NCBI GenBank assembly: GCA_965226205.1
Contig: CBDDCJ010000029.1
Location: 20,667 to 84,666, forward strand
Direction: 5' to 3'
DNA length: 64,000 bases
Source: Opitutales bacterium
GTDB taxonomy: Bacteria > Verrucomicrobiota > Verrucomicrobiia > Opitutales > UBA2987
The first letter of the stretch is position 1; each line of letters opens with the position of its first letter. The position numbers and the translations under genes are program-made. Of this stretch, positions 40,850 to 50,990 are shown piece by piece. Below the pieces are notes generated by a model, which worked only from the letters and a program-made list of their open reading frames with translations, was not told where the DNA came from and did no database searches.

Positions 40850-42000
40850 TCAGCCTTCTTCGTTTTCAGGCGCGGGCGAAGTTTCCTCCGAATGGGGGTC
40901 CTCTTCCATTGTCTGCTGTCGGACGCCATCTTTAAAAGGGGTTTCATTGTTCCCCTCTTCGGCCGGAATGCGGGTTTTGGCCAAGATTTGCTGGTCTTCC
41001 GGTTTGGGTTCCACCTTCACCGTGAAATCGATCTGTTCCCCGCCCCGATTTATTTTAACCGTCACGAACTGGCCCTCCCTCAAGTAAAACAAGGCCAGTC
41101 CCACATCGCCCGTATGGTGGGTATCCTGATCGCCGATTCTCAACAGAATGTCACCGGCCAGGAGTCCGGATTTTTCCGCCGGGCCTTCGGGAATAATTTT
41201 CTGCAAGACTACCTGGGCGCCCTGCAGGGTGGTGGTGCGCATTTGCACCTGGAATCCGAGCCAGCCATAAGTGACCTTTTCAGAAAAAAGCAGTTCGTCG
41301 CGTATTCTTAAAGCAGCCCTGGCAGGGATGGAATAGGAGCTTTGCAGGTCGGGGGGAAGGTTGGCCACCGATACGGCCACCAGCTTGCCACTGAGGTCGA
41401 GCAGGGGAGAACCCGATTCTCCGGGGCCCAAGGGCATGCCGGTGCGAATGTAGGGCACTCGAAAAATTTCAGTTCCAAAGCCGCTTTCCAAACCAGTAAC
41501 CAATCCCAGCCGCGGGCTCGGTCCAAATTCGTGCAGCGCGCTGAGCCGCACCACCATGCTGCCGATGGCTGGTGTGACCGGTGAATCGCTCAGATGCAGA
41601 TAATTGAAATTCCTGGGCAGCGTATCGACTTTAATGAGCGTCAGGTTGGTGGACCGGTCGCTGCCGAGGATTTCGGCCGCATAATCGATGCCGTTATGAT
41701 CCACGGAAATGCGATCCGCCTTTTGACCGTTATCGAGGTGGGTGGCCTTGGCGTTGGTCAGGACATGGCCCTCCCGGCTGATAAAAAAGCCAGTTCCCAG
41801 AAGAAGCTGGGCTCTTTCCTCCCCGTCTCCTTTTTGAAACCGGGCTTTTACCCTGACAATGGCGCCTTTATTTTCATCGAATATTTCGATCAGGCGGCGC
41901 TGGAGACTAAAAAAACTGCCGGCCTCCTGGGTAAATGCGCCTTGGGGCCAGCCTAAAAAAAAAGAACCGGGAGGGAGACTAAACTGATGTTCCGTCTCAT
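40850..42000 (-). pseudogene. HtrA/DegP-like serine protease with PDZ domain, frameshift in a T9 run
   Basis: ATG at 42000 (MRRNISLVSLPVLFF). The frame from about 41955 down to 40850 is open but has no start codon (LGWPQGAFTQEAG...GTGFFISREGHVLTNA...GESGSPLLDLSGKLVAV...). The two join if the run at 41955-41963 (A9 on the plus strand) has 10 rather than 9 bases. Confidence 0.8.
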
Positions 42001-42010
42001 AAAAACTCGA

Positions 42011-42619
42011 TTAAAAATAATCCAGGGTGGGCGCGGAAACAAATTTGACCAATGGATTATCGCCCGCCAGGGCCTCATTTTGTGCTAGATTGCCGATTCC
42101 GTTGGCGGCAGTCAAAGTATGGGGCGTCATAACCGTATCGAAAGCCCGTTGGCTGTCCGAAGGCAGGGCAATGACATTAATGACAAAACTCACCCTCGTC
42201 TGCACGGAGAGGTATGATCTGGTAAAAGGCATAGCGCCAGCAACCCGGCTGGCATTATTGACAGGCATATAGGCAAAGGCGTTGCGGCCATAAGCCTGGC
42301 CCTGGTGTTCTTTGCCTTTGGGAACGAGTGAAATCTGAGCTTTACCCGGGGTGGGTTGGCCAAGTGAAATTCCGTCTTGAAATACGGTAAAGACGAGGGC
42401 GGCGGCGAGGGGCAGGGCGATGGCCATGCGGCCGAAAACCGGAGTCAGGTATCTCTGATGCCAGAGTTTTTCATCAACCAGCGCCCGCAGGGTTTTGCGG
42501 CGCAGCTCGCGGTCGAACTGCTCCCAGAATTCCGCCGAAGGCTTCTCACGCCTTTTAAGGCGGAGCACTTCCTCGAGGGTGATTTTGATCCTGGTGAACT
42601 GGTGCGGTTGTGAAGACAT
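42011..42619 (-). CDS. Putative membrane-anchored anti-sigma factor
   Basis: It lies immediately downstream of the ECF sigma. MSSQPHQFTRIKITLEEVLRLKRRE.., followed by one hydrophobic segment (MAIALPLAAALVFTVF). The call rests on position and architecture only. Confidence 0.5.
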   Translation of the reverse strand: MSSQPHQFTRIKITLEEVLRLKRREKPSAEFWEQFDRELRRKTLRALVDEKLWHQRYLTPVFGRMAIALPLAAALVFTVFQDGISLGQPTPGKAQISLVPKGKEHQGQAYGRNAFAYMPVNNASRVAGAMPFTRSYLSVQTRVSFVINVIALPSDSQRAFDTVMTPHTLTAANGIGNLAQNEALAGDNPLVKFVSAPTLDYF

Positions 42620-42630
42620 GAAGTTACTTG

Positions 42631-43263
42631 CTAACTTATATAATTCTGCAAATAGGCCTGTAATTGCTGTTTGGCGTAATGCAGACGCGAGCGCACGGTG
42701 CCGACCGAACACTTCATGATTTCAGAAATTTCCTGATGGCTGAGTTCTTCGATTTCGAATAAAACCACAACTGTTCTATGTTTAGGAGACAATTTGTGCA
42801 GTGCTTCGTTCAATTTTTCCTGTAGTTCATTGAGTAGCGCCGACTTGTCTGAGTTGGCGCGCACGGCGAGGGCTTCCAATATATCGGCGGCGCCCATTTC
42901 TTCGTTAATGGTCTCGAAACTGAAGAACCTTCGCAAACGGTTGCGCTTGAGGTGGGTCAGCGCGCCGTTGATGGCGATTCGATAGAGCCAGGTAAAAAAG
43001 CTGGATTTGCCCTTGAACCGGTTAATGGACCGGAAAGCCTTGATAAAGGCGTCCTGGGTAAGATCGGCGGCATCCTCGCGGTTCGAGGTGAGATTGTAGA
43101 TGATGGAGAAGAGCCGTTCGCGGTATTTTAAAATGAGCTGATCGAAAGCGCCCACATCGCCCTGCTGGACGCGGAGAACATAGGCGATATCGCTATCAAC
43201 ATTCGTCTCTTGCAGGCTGGTGACGGAAGCGAGAGCTTCGCCAGTTGCTTTGGTCAAGCTCAT
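42631..43263 (-). CDS. ECF-type RNA polymerase sigma-70 factor
   Basis: 210 aa with region 2 (REDAADLTQDAFIKAF) and region 4 (LSHQEISEIMKCSVGTVRSRLHYA). Confidence 0.9.
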   Translation of the reverse strand: MSLTKATGEALASVTSLQETNVDSDIAYVLRVQQGDVGAFDQLILKYRERLFSIIYNLTSNREDAADLTQDAFIKAFRSINRFKGKSSFFTWLYRIAINGALTHLKRNRLRRFFSFETINEEMGAADILEALAVRANSDKSALLNELQEKLNEALHKLSPKHRTVVVLFEIEELSHQEISEIMKCSVGTVRSRLHYAKQQLQAYLQNYIS

Positions 43264-43384
43264 TTAGGCGGCCATAGTAGGGAATAAGTGGGTAAAATCA
43301 ATATTAAATAACAATGCCCCGGATGGAAAAAGTGAGACAGGATTATTGGGCAAATGTTTCGATATTAAATAGCGGATTGCGATA

Positions 43385-44440
43385 TTAGGGCCAGGTAAAT
43401 TTTTCCACCTGTCTTTTGACATAGGCGCTGATTCCTTTGAGGTGGTTGGTTGGCGGGTAATCAGAAAAAGGATCGAGGGCCTTTTCGGCTGTTTCAATTT
43501 CCCGCTGGAAGCATTGGCTTACCTCATCGAAAATCCCTTTTTCGGCCATCAATCGATTCAGGCCCCTGATGTCCGCCGGTTTGCCATTGTGAAACGATCG
43601 CACTAGTTCCTTGCCTTCCATACGGCTCAATTTGCGAAGCAGCAATATGAGCGGAAGGGTGAATTTTCCGCTGGCAACATCGGTGCCCAGGGTTTTTCCG
43701 ATGCGGGCTTCCTGCCCGATAAAATCGGCAATATCGTCAAATATCTGATAGGCGATGCCAAGGCTGCGCCCGAACCGGCCTGCGGCCGAGATAAAGCCAT
43801 CGTCATAAGCGGCCAGTTTCGCCCCCAAATGACAGGATACATAGAAGAGTTCGGCCGTTTTATAATTGATGATGTGGTAATAATCTTCGACCGCCAGGGC
43901 CGTGTTGCCCCGCTCGAATGATTGCCCGATCTCCCCGGCGCAGACCCGGCGGGTGGATTGGGAGACAGCCCGGCAGACCTCCACGGTGGGGAACTCCGAG
44001 GCCAGCTTGAGGGCCTGGGAAAATAGGGCGTCTCCCAGCAAAACGGCGATTCCGGGGCCGAATTTTTCACTGACCGTGGATTCGTTGTGGCGCATGGATG
44101 CCTCGTCGAGAATATCGTCGTGCACCAGGGTCGCCAGATGCACCAATTCAATAACGGCGGCGGCTTTCACCAGATCGCGTAAACCAGTCTGGGAAGCAGT
44201 CCAGCCGCTGTAAAACAGGAGGATTGGCCGGATGCGTTTTCCACTGTGCTTCAGGCAGTAGGTGACCAGTTCACGGGTTTCGTCCTCAAAATCATCCACC
44301 TGCCCTCGCATGAATTGCTCCAGGAGATTGAGATGCGGTTTGACAGGCTCCGAAATGGACTCCAAACCTACATAACGAATCGTTCGCTTAGGTTCGGGAG
44401 GGCTGGTCGTGGTTAATGGCATTGGTAAAAGGTAACTCAT
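43385..44440 (-). CDS. Polyprenyl diphosphate synthase (IspB-like)
   Basis: 351 aa with LVHDDILDE (first DDxxD) and QIFDDIADF (second). Confidence 0.85.
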   Translation of the reverse strand: MSYLLPMPLTTTSPPEPKRTIRYVGLESISEPVKPHLNLLEQFMRGQVDDFEDETRELVTYCLKHSGKRIRPILLFYSGWTASQTGLRDLVKAAAVIELVHLATLVHDDILDEASMRHNESTVSEKFGPGIAVLLGDALFSQALKLASEFPTVEVCRAVSQSTRRVCAGEIGQSFERGNTALAVEDYYHIINYKTAELFYVSCHLGAKLAAYDDGFISAAGRFGRSLGIAYQIFDDIADFIGQEARIGKTLGTDVASGKFTLPLILLLRKLSRMEGKELVRSFHNGKPADIRGLNRLMAEKGIFDEVSQCFQREIETAEKALDPFSDYPPTNHLKGISAYVKRQVEKFTWP

Positions 44441-44507
44441 TGACCCCTAAAATCAAGTTTTCTACAATCATCTGCAAATAATTGGAAAAATGGAGTGAAC
44501 GAAACCT

Positions 44508-45125
44508 GTGAAAACTGATTTTTTCTTCTCCCTAATAATTTTTGCGGTTGCCCTTTATTTGGGAAAACAATGGCTGGGGGACCTGAGGGGCGAAAAAACC
44601 GGTTTGCGAGCTTTTCCAGGAGCTGTGCCGGCCTCCCCTTTTTTAATAATGGCGGCCATAGCGGGCGCGCTAGTTATCCTTGCCATCGAGACGATTGGGG
44701 AATATCGACTGGGAACTTCCGCCACCCAGTCCAACATAACAGGGTCTTTTCTTCTCGTCATGGTCGCGGCGGGATTTCTCGAGGAACTCATCTTCCGGGG
44801 ATATCTGGTTATCGAAAATCGTGGGCGAATCATTTTATGGTCGGGCATCCTGGCAGTGTCCGTCCTCTTTACCCTGGGCCATGCGCAATATTGGCTGTTG
44901 TGGGGAGAATCTTCGCCCACGGGCGATCTATCCCTCAATTTTACAACGGGAAGCCTCTGGACCCTCCTGATTTTATTTGTCAACTCCCTTTGGTTTTACA
45001 CGGTTCGCTTCAACCAGTTCAATCCCGCCCGCTCGCTCCTACCATGCATCGCCGCCCACATATCGAGCAATCTCGGAGTATTTGTAATTAAACTTTTACA
45101 AGGCCATGTGGCCGGTATAATTTGA
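44508..45125 (+). CDS. CPBP-family intramembrane metalloprotease (CAAX protease-like)
   Basis: 205 aa, hydrophobic, with EELIFRGYL and a downstream FTLGHAQYW motif. Confidence 0.8.
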   Translation: MKTDFFFSLIIFAVALYLGKQWLGDLRGEKTGLRAFPGAVPASPFLIMAAIAGALVILAIETIGEYRLGTSATQSNITGSFLLVMVAAGFLEELIFRGYLVIENRGRIILWSGILAVSVLFTLGHAQYWLLWGESSPTGDLSLNFTTGSLWTLLILFVNSLWFYTVRFNQFNPARSLLPCIAAHISSNLGVFVIKLLQGHVAGII

Positions 45126-45166
45126 GGAAGCCTGCACCATAAGAATATTTTGCTAAGGTTAAAAAA

Positions 45167-45328
45167 ATGAAAACCGGATATACCGCTATTATTAAACGAG
45201 ACGGGGATTGGTGGATTGGCTGGGTAGAGGAAATTCCCGGCGTTAATGCCCAGGAGAAAACCAAAAATGAATTAATGGAAAGCCTCCGGGAAGCGTTAAG
45301 AGATATTTTAGAGCTTAACATAACTTAA
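45167..45328 (+). CDS. hicB: HicB-like antitoxin (UPF0150), no adjacent HicA
   Basis: 53-aa ORF, not in the supplied track: MKTGYTAIIKRDGDWWIGWVEEIPGVNAQEKTKNELMESLREALRDILELNIT. This is the classic short HicB pattern. Confidence 0.65.
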   Translation: MKTGYTAIIKRDGDWWIGWVEEIPGVNAQEKTKNELMESLREALRDILELNIT

Positions 45329-45358
45329 ATTGGAAGGCCGGATAGGAAAAGATAGCCG

Positions 45359-46372
45359 ATGATATTTCAAAATCTGGAATTCCACAATGTGGGTGAATTG
45401 AGGGCTGTGCCGGATGGGCGGGGTTGGCGGTTGCAGCGGGTTCCCGAAAATGTCCGCATGGCCCTGAATGAGGGAGCCCAAATGAGGGTTTTGCAGCCGG
45501 ATACTTGCGAAATCCGATTTACGGCGGATGGTCCTTGCCATGTAACCCTTTCCTCCGAGGGCCAGACCAAAGTGACTGTTTTTTGCGGTCTCTTCGACAG
45601 CCGCCAACGTTTCCTTATTGGTCCGGAACCCCAAATAATTGAATTCGCCCCTCATGAAACGCTTTCTCAACTGGATCCCAAATATTGCCGGGATATGGCA
45701 TTCTCGCCGCGGGTATTCCGGCTGATTTTCGGTGGGGCGCAGCGCGACCCGATCATTTTTCACGGCATTGAGGGCGAGAACGTGCGCCCGCCCGAAGCCG
45801 CAGACTTGCCCGCCTTGAGATACCTGGCGTATGGGACATCGATTACCCACGGCTTCGATGCGGAGGGGCCGCACCTCAGCTATGTGAGCCAGGCGGCCAG
45901 GCATCTGGGGGCGGATTTGATCAATCTCGGAGTGGGCGGTTCGGCTTTTTACGAAGCCGAATTCGCTGATTATATGGCTGATCGGGAGGATTGGCAAATC
46001 GCCACCCTCGCTCTTTCCGTAAACATGAGGGAATTTTCGATTGATGAATTCTACAAAAGGGTCAGCTACATGGTAAACAGAGTCGCCGGGAGCGATCCCG
46101 CGCGGGCGGTTGCCTGCATCACCCTCTATCCCTTTTTTCTGGATTTTGGCATCTTCCCCCAAGACAAACCATTCAAAGCCAATGCCGAAGAATACCGCCA
46201 GGCATTGCGGGACGCCGTAGCCGCCTGCCCGCACGAAAATGCGCGCCTGATCGAGGGTCCCGATCTGTTGACGGACATCAGCGGCATGACTGCCGACCTC
46301 ATTCATCCCGGCGACAATGGAATGATCGAAATGGGTCGGAACCTGGCTAAAATATTAAGTGGCTGGTCTTAG
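45359..46372 (+). CDS. SGNH/GDSL-family hydrolase
   Basis: 337 aa with YLAYGTSITHG (block I) and DLIHPGDNGM (block V, DxxH). Confidence 0.75.
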   Translation: MIFQNLEFHNVGELRAVPDGRGWRLQRVPENVRMALNEGAQMRVLQPDTCEIRFTADGPCHVTLSSEGQTKVTVFCGLFDSRQRFLIGPEPQIIEFAPHETLSQLDPKYCRDMAFSPRVFRLIFGGAQRDPIIFHGIEGENVRPPEAADLPALRYLAYGTSITHGFDAEGPHLSYVSQAARHLGADLINLGVGGSAFYEAEFADYMADREDWQIATLALSVNMREFSIDEFYKRVSYMVNRVAGSDPARAVACITLYPFFLDFGIFPQDKPFKANAEEYRQALRDAVAACPHENARLIEGPDLLTDISGMTADLIHPGDNGMIEMGRNLAKILSGWS

Positions 46373-46380
46373 AGGGTGCC

Positions 46381-47274
46381 TTAACCGTTGCCGTCAAATT
46401 CTTCGAAGAATTTCAGCATGGCGGAAATGTCTTCATCTCCATAACCTTTTGCCGTGGCCATATCGTGGAGGGATAGAACGGCTGCCGCCATGGGCGTTGG
46501 GGTTCCCGTTTCACGAGCCAGCTCATTCATGTAATGGACGTCCTTGCGGGCCAGCTTTTGCTGGAAATTAATACTGAAATCGCGCTTCATCAGCTTTGGC
46601 ATCATCCCCTGAAAAGTGGCGTTGTTGCCGCCGCTGACCGAGATGACGTCATAGAGGGCTTGCAGGCTTACTCCATATTTTTGGGCGAACGGAAGAATTT
46701 CGCATAGAGTCAAAAGCGAAGCCTGCCCAAAATAGTTATTGATGAGTTTAATGGCGTGCCCGGAGCCCGACTCGCCGACATGGAAGACATTCGCGGAAAA
46801 AGCCTCGAAAACGGATTTCACGATATCATATGCATCTTTCGAGCCGCCGCACATAACGTTCAGTTTGCCTTCTTCGGCCTGCACCTTGCTTCCGGTCAGT
46901 GGAGCGTCCAGCAAATCAATGCCCCGATCTTTGAAAACGGCGCAGAGGCGGCGGGTGGAAGGTGGATAGCTGGTGGATAGGTCAACGATAATCTGCCCTT
47001 CGCTGAGGCTTGGGCCAATGCCTTCATTATTCAGCAAAATATGTTCTACCGTTGGCGTGTCCGGCAGGCAGAGCATGACAATGCCGGACTCCGCAGCCAG
47101 GTTCTCATAATTAGCAGCCCGCCTGGCTCCAAGTCCGGTCAAGCGTTCCGCCGCCGCCAGGGCGCGCGGGTTTTCCCGAGCCGTAAAGCTGACCTCAATC
47201 TCTTTTTTGCGCAGGTTCTTGACGATACCCGCGCCCATATTGCCGATGCCGATAAATCCAATGGGTTGGTTCAT
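46381..47274 (-). CDS. NAD(P)-dependent 3-hydroxyisobutyrate dehydrogenase family oxidoreductase
   Basis: 297 aa with IGFIGIGNMGAGIVKNL. Confidence 0.85.
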   Translation of the reverse strand: MNQPIGFIGIGNMGAGIVKNLRKKEIEVSFTARENPRALAAAERLTGLGARRAANYENLAAESGIVMLCLPDTPTVEHILLNNEGIGPSLSEGQIIVDLSTSYPPSTRRLCAVFKDRGIDLLDAPLTGSKVQAEEGKLNVMCGGSKDAYDIVKSVFEAFSANVFHVGESGSGHAIKLINNYFGQASLLTLCEILPFAQKYGVSLQALYDVISVSGGNNATFQGMMPKLMKRDFSINFQQKLARKDVHYMNELARETGTPTPMAAAVLSLHDMATAKGYGDEDISAMLKFFEEFDGNG

Positions 47275-47283
47275 GCTTTAACT

Positions 47284-48789
47284 TTATGTTCCTAGGTGGT
47301 TTACATCGTCCAGTGGAAAAATAGGATGATGTATTTTCTTGAAAGGCAATCGCTTGATATTTCGATCCGTAGAGCCCCCGGTGTCAACCGTAACGACCGA
47401 TTTGACGATACCTGTATAGCCAGCCCGGAACAGTTTATGGGATTTTTGCACAATCAAGTCCATCGATTCCGGTTCCAGGCCCATGCTCCTCCAGAATTCA
47501 GGATCATGCATCATCGAAGTGAATTCAATCGCCATGAGGAAAATATTATCTCCAATCCGAAGAAGAGCGCGCCTCCCGATATCCAGTTTCATCCCGCCAA
47601 AAGAGGTTCCTTTAATGGTAAAAGGCCGGTCGTTTAAACGCATTACGGTGGCTCTAAGCGGCACTTTCAGGTTATAGGCCTCCTTGTCATCGGAACCGCC
47701 AACCGAACTATCGATTATTTGCCCCTCCCCGGCTTTCCAGGCTTTTTCCAATGTTGCCGGATCGACGATGGGAATGGCCGCGGCCGCAAACCGGCCCCCT
47801 GCCGCCGGCATTGAGAGGAGGCTCCGCAGCAAAACCGTGCTGTCCCCCATTGCGCCCGCCGTGGTGATATCCCCGGAATCGACAATGGCAATGGGTTTTT
47901 CGTATTCGGCCATATTTCGGATGAATTCCTCAATGTCCGGGTAATTCTGCAAAAACTCGCGGCGTCGATTCCAGATCTCGCCGGCAAGTTCCGAAAATTG
48001 CCTCTCCATTTCCTTTTGACCGGCATTTTCGACATAGGCGAGCAAGGCAATTCCATGCCCTTTAAGATCTACCCAGGGATGTGTGCAAAAAGCCGAAGCG
48101 CTGAATACTTGAGGGCGCATTTCCAAGTCCTTCACCCTCTCCATGACATCAAACATGGGGCCGTTCAGGGTCTCTGTGTTGTCCACCGGCAAAATCATGG
48201 GCGCCCGCCTGAAAACTATCTCGAATCGAGGTTTTTCCGCCGTCAGCCTGAGCAAAGCCTCTGTCGCGCGACGTCCGGTATCGCCCATGTCAATGTGTGG
48301 ATAGGTCCGATAACCGACAAGCAGGTCGGCATTTTTCAGCATCCGCTCCGTCACAACGGCGTGAAAATCCAGGGAGCAGACGATGGGCGCGGATTTACCC
48401 ACAATTTTCCGGACCATTTCCAGAATGAGGCCCTCACCGTCATCCAGATGCTCCGCCACGAGGGAACCGTGCAATGAAAGGAAAACACCGTCCACCGGCC
48501 AAGATTTTTTCAGCGGCTCAATGATCATCGCCTCCAGTTGGGCAAAAGTATCCTTTAAAACAGGGCCGTAAGCGACCGCCCAAGCCGCCATTCCCGGTAT
48601 GATTTCGATTGGTTCGGGATGGTTTTCTAGGGCCTCGAAAAAACCGCCGATCTCGGTATTGGTTCCGTATAACTGTTCCCGGATGGCATCACCCTGCAAA
48701 AGATAGCCGCGTTGAAAGCATCCCAGGTCCGACATAGCAGGGCAAAAACTGTTCGTTTTCTGAAAGAAGCCTGAGAAAAAAATTTTCAT
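47284..48789 (-). CDS. M81-family metallopeptidase (MlrC-like)
   Basis: 501 aa. N-terminus MKIFFSGFFQKTNSFCP, with a length and layout typical of MlrC/DUF1485 proteins. Confidence 0.7.
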   Translation of the reverse strand: MKIFFSGFFQKTNSFCPAMSDLGCFQRGYLLQGDAIREQLYGTNTEIGGFFEALENHPEPIEIIPGMAAWAVAYGPVLKDTFAQLEAMIIEPLKKSWPVDGVFLSLHGSLVAEHLDDGEGLILEMVRKIVGKSAPIVCSLDFHAVVTERMLKNADLLVGYRTYPHIDMGDTGRRATEALLRLTAEKPRFEIVFRRAPMILPVDNTETLNGPMFDVMERVKDLEMRPQVFSASAFCTHPWVDLKGHGIALLAYVENAGQKEMERQFSELAGEIWNRRREFLQNYPDIEEFIRNMAEYEKPIAIVDSGDITTAGAMGDSTVLLRSLLSMPAAGGRFAAAAIPIVDPATLEKAWKAGEGQIIDSSVGGSDDKEAYNLKVPLRATVMRLNDRPFTIKGTSFGGMKLDIGRRALLRIGDNIFLMAIEFTSMMHDPEFWRSMGLEPESMDLIVQKSHKLFRAGYTGIVKSVVTVDTGGSTDRNIKRLPFKKIHHPIFPLDDVNHLGT

Positions 48790-48825
48790 TTTCGATTAAG
48801 GATGCAAGGTCATGCCATTATACTT

Positions 48826-49125
48826 AGAGGCTGTCCCAAAAACCCGAATTTTGCGAATTGAGATATTCGACTCCGAACTGTAAGGGAACGTAAGTCATTC
48901 AATTCCGTCAAAAACGCTGTATAAGGCCTCTTTTCGTTATAAATATAATCGCGTCAGACAGAGGTCTATGATAGAATTGTATTTGAATATGCAAAACAAG
49001 AGAAAGGCTGACAGTGTTATAGACATCGAAATTGCCCAAAATCCCCCAAAAACGGTCTTTATGACAGCTTTATAAACAAGTTAACTTACTGTAAAACAAA
49101 TGGTTATAACTTTGGGACAGCCTCT
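48826..49125. mobile_element. 300-bp MITE, copy A3 (inverted relative to A1), TSD ACTT
   Basis: ACTT at 48822-48825 and 49126-49129. The site is intergenic. Confidence 0.9.
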
Positions 49126-49222
49126 ACTTAATCATTCCGAATCCACCCAAAACACATACAATTTTGACCGTCCCGCAAGTTCACGAGGTCCCATAAACGA
49201 TTACAAATCAGCAGATTATAAA

Positions 49223-49297
49223 TGGAGGCGCGGGTCGGAATCGAACCGACGTGTAGAGGATTTGCAGTCCCCGGCCTTACCACTTGGCTACCGCGCC
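49223..49297 (-). tRNA. tRNA-Cys (anticodon GCA), U73 and CCA encoded
   Basis: The reverse complement folds as follows: acceptor GGCGCGG/CCGCGCC, anticodon stem GGGGA/TCCTC with loop CTGCAAA, T arm GTCGG-TTCGATT-CCGAC, then TCCA. Confidence 0.9.
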
Positions 49298-49472
49298 GAA
49301 TCAATGGGCTGAATATCATATAAGCCGCATCTGAAAACAAGTTTCAAGTTGTTTTTCTTTTTATTAGTCTGATTTGCTTGGAGAACCTTTCAATTCTAAA
49401 AAGCTTTGATTTTTTACCTTGAAAATCGGCTAGACTCCGATTGCCACCTTCCGGCATACTTTGCCGCCTTTT

Positions 49473-50252
49473 ATGCCTGCTACCATTTTAACCATTGCCA
49501 ATCAAAAGGGAGGCGTCGGCAAGACGGCCACCGCTATCAACCTGGGGGCCGCTCTGGCCGCTAAAGGCGTCCGCACACTGTTGCTCGACATGGACCCGCA
49601 GGCCAATGCCACGAGTGGGCTCGGTCTGCAGAAATCAACCGGAGGGAGCATTTACGGCCCGCTCCACGGCGATGGTCTTGCGGTCGAAAAAATTATCCCT
49701 ACGGGCATCGAGAATTTTTCCATCATCCCGTCGGAAGTTGACTTGGCGGCGGTGGAAATCGAGCTGGCGCAAAAGCAGGACTACCTTATACAGTTGCGCA
49801 ACTGCCTGCAACCGCTGCGAAACTCGGTGGATTTCGGAGTCATTTTAATCGACTGTCCGCCAGCCCTCGGTTTGCTCTCCATGAACAGCCTGGCGGCGGG
49901 AGATTACTTGCTGATCGCCTTGCAATGCGAATACTTGGCCATGGAGGGTCTGGGCCAGATATTGGCTGTGGTCGAGCAGTTGAGGGAGGCCGGGGCCAGC
50001 CCCGGCTTGCAACTGGGGGGGATTGTCATGACTATGTTCGATGTGCGCACCAATTTGAGCCGGCAGGTTGTGGACGAAGTTCGGGGGCATTTTGGAGACG
50101 TTGTTTTCAATCCCGTGATTCCCAGAACCATTCGATTGGGGGAAGCTCCCAGCTTTGGGAAGACGATTTTTCAATATGACCATCTCAACCCGGCTGCCAG
50201 CGCTTATAGAAACCTGGCCGGGGAAGTCCGGGCGCGTTTCGATTTGAAATGA
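49473..50252 (+). CDS. ParA/Soj-family ATPase (no adjacent parB)
   Basis: Deviant Walker A IANQKGGVGKTATA. The ATG at 49473 lies inside ORF 49461..50252. Confidence 0.85.
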   Translation: MPATILTIANQKGGVGKTATAINLGAALAAKGVRTLLLDMDPQANATSGLGLQKSTGGSIYGPLHGDGLAVEKIIPTGIENFSIIPSEVDLAAVEIELAQKQDYLIQLRNCLQPLRNSVDFGVILIDCPPALGLLSMNSLAAGDYLLIALQCEYLAMEGLGQILAVVEQLREAGASPGLQLGGIVMTMFDVRTNLSRQVVDEVRGHFGDVVFNPVIPRTIRLGEAPSFGKTIFQYDHLNPAASAYRNLAGEVRARFDLK

Positions 50253-50288
50253 GGTTATTGGGTCCTGCACGTTGCGATTGGAAATTTA

Positions 50289-50990
50289 ATGTCTGACCTG
50301 GATCAACTGCAAAAGTCCATCGGTTATCGCTTCCGGAACGTGGAGTTGCTGCGGCAAAGCCTGACCCATCCCTCTTATATACAGGTCAATCCACGGGCGG
50401 GCGAACATAATCAGCGGCTGGAGTTTTTGGGCGACACGGTGTTTTCCCTGACGCTGGCGGAAAAGCTTTACCATCTGCTTCCGGATGACAGGGAGGGCCC
50501 CCTCAGCCGCTGCCGGTCCAGTTTGGTCAAAGGAGAGAAACTAACCAGTCTGGCCCTCAACCTGGGCCTGCACAAGCACCTGCGAATGAGCGATGGAGAG
50601 GAGCAAAATGGGGGGCGGCAGCGGCCTTCAATCCTAGAGGATGCCCTCGAAGCTCTCGCTGGGGCGATTTTTTTGGACAGCGGCCAAGAGACTGTCAAAC
50701 GGGTCATCCTATCCTGGTATGACGGCATCGAACCGCATCTGGAAAACCTGCTCGAAACCTATAACCCCAAAGGACAGTTGCAGGAGGCGGTGCAGCCCGC
50801 CCTCGGCAACAAGGCCCTGAAATACCGCGTGACCGAAGAGACCGGGCCCGGCCATAAAAAATATTTCAAGGTGATCGTCCTCGTGGGCGGCAAAAAAATG
50901 GGCGAAGGCGAAGGGACATCTAAAAAAGAGGCCGAGGAAAGGGCCGCCGTGATCGCCTTGCGAAAGTGGAAGCAATCCACCTCTCAATGA
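50289..50990 (+). CDS. rnc: Ribonuclease III
   Basis: 233 aa with the NQRLEFLGDTV signature and a C-terminal dsRBD (GPGHKKYFKV..GEGEGTSKKEAEERAA). Confidence 0.92.
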   Translation: MSDLDQLQKSIGYRFRNVELLRQSLTHPSYIQVNPRAGEHNQRLEFLGDTVFSLTLAEKLYHLLPDDREGPLSRCRSSLVKGEKLTSLALNLGLHKHLRMSDGEEQNGGRQRPSILEDALEALAGAIFLDSGQETVKRVILSWYDGIEPHLENLLETYNPKGQLQEAVQPALGNKALKYRVTEETGPGHKKYFKVIVLVGGKKMGEGEGTSKKEAEERAAVIALRKWKQSTSQ

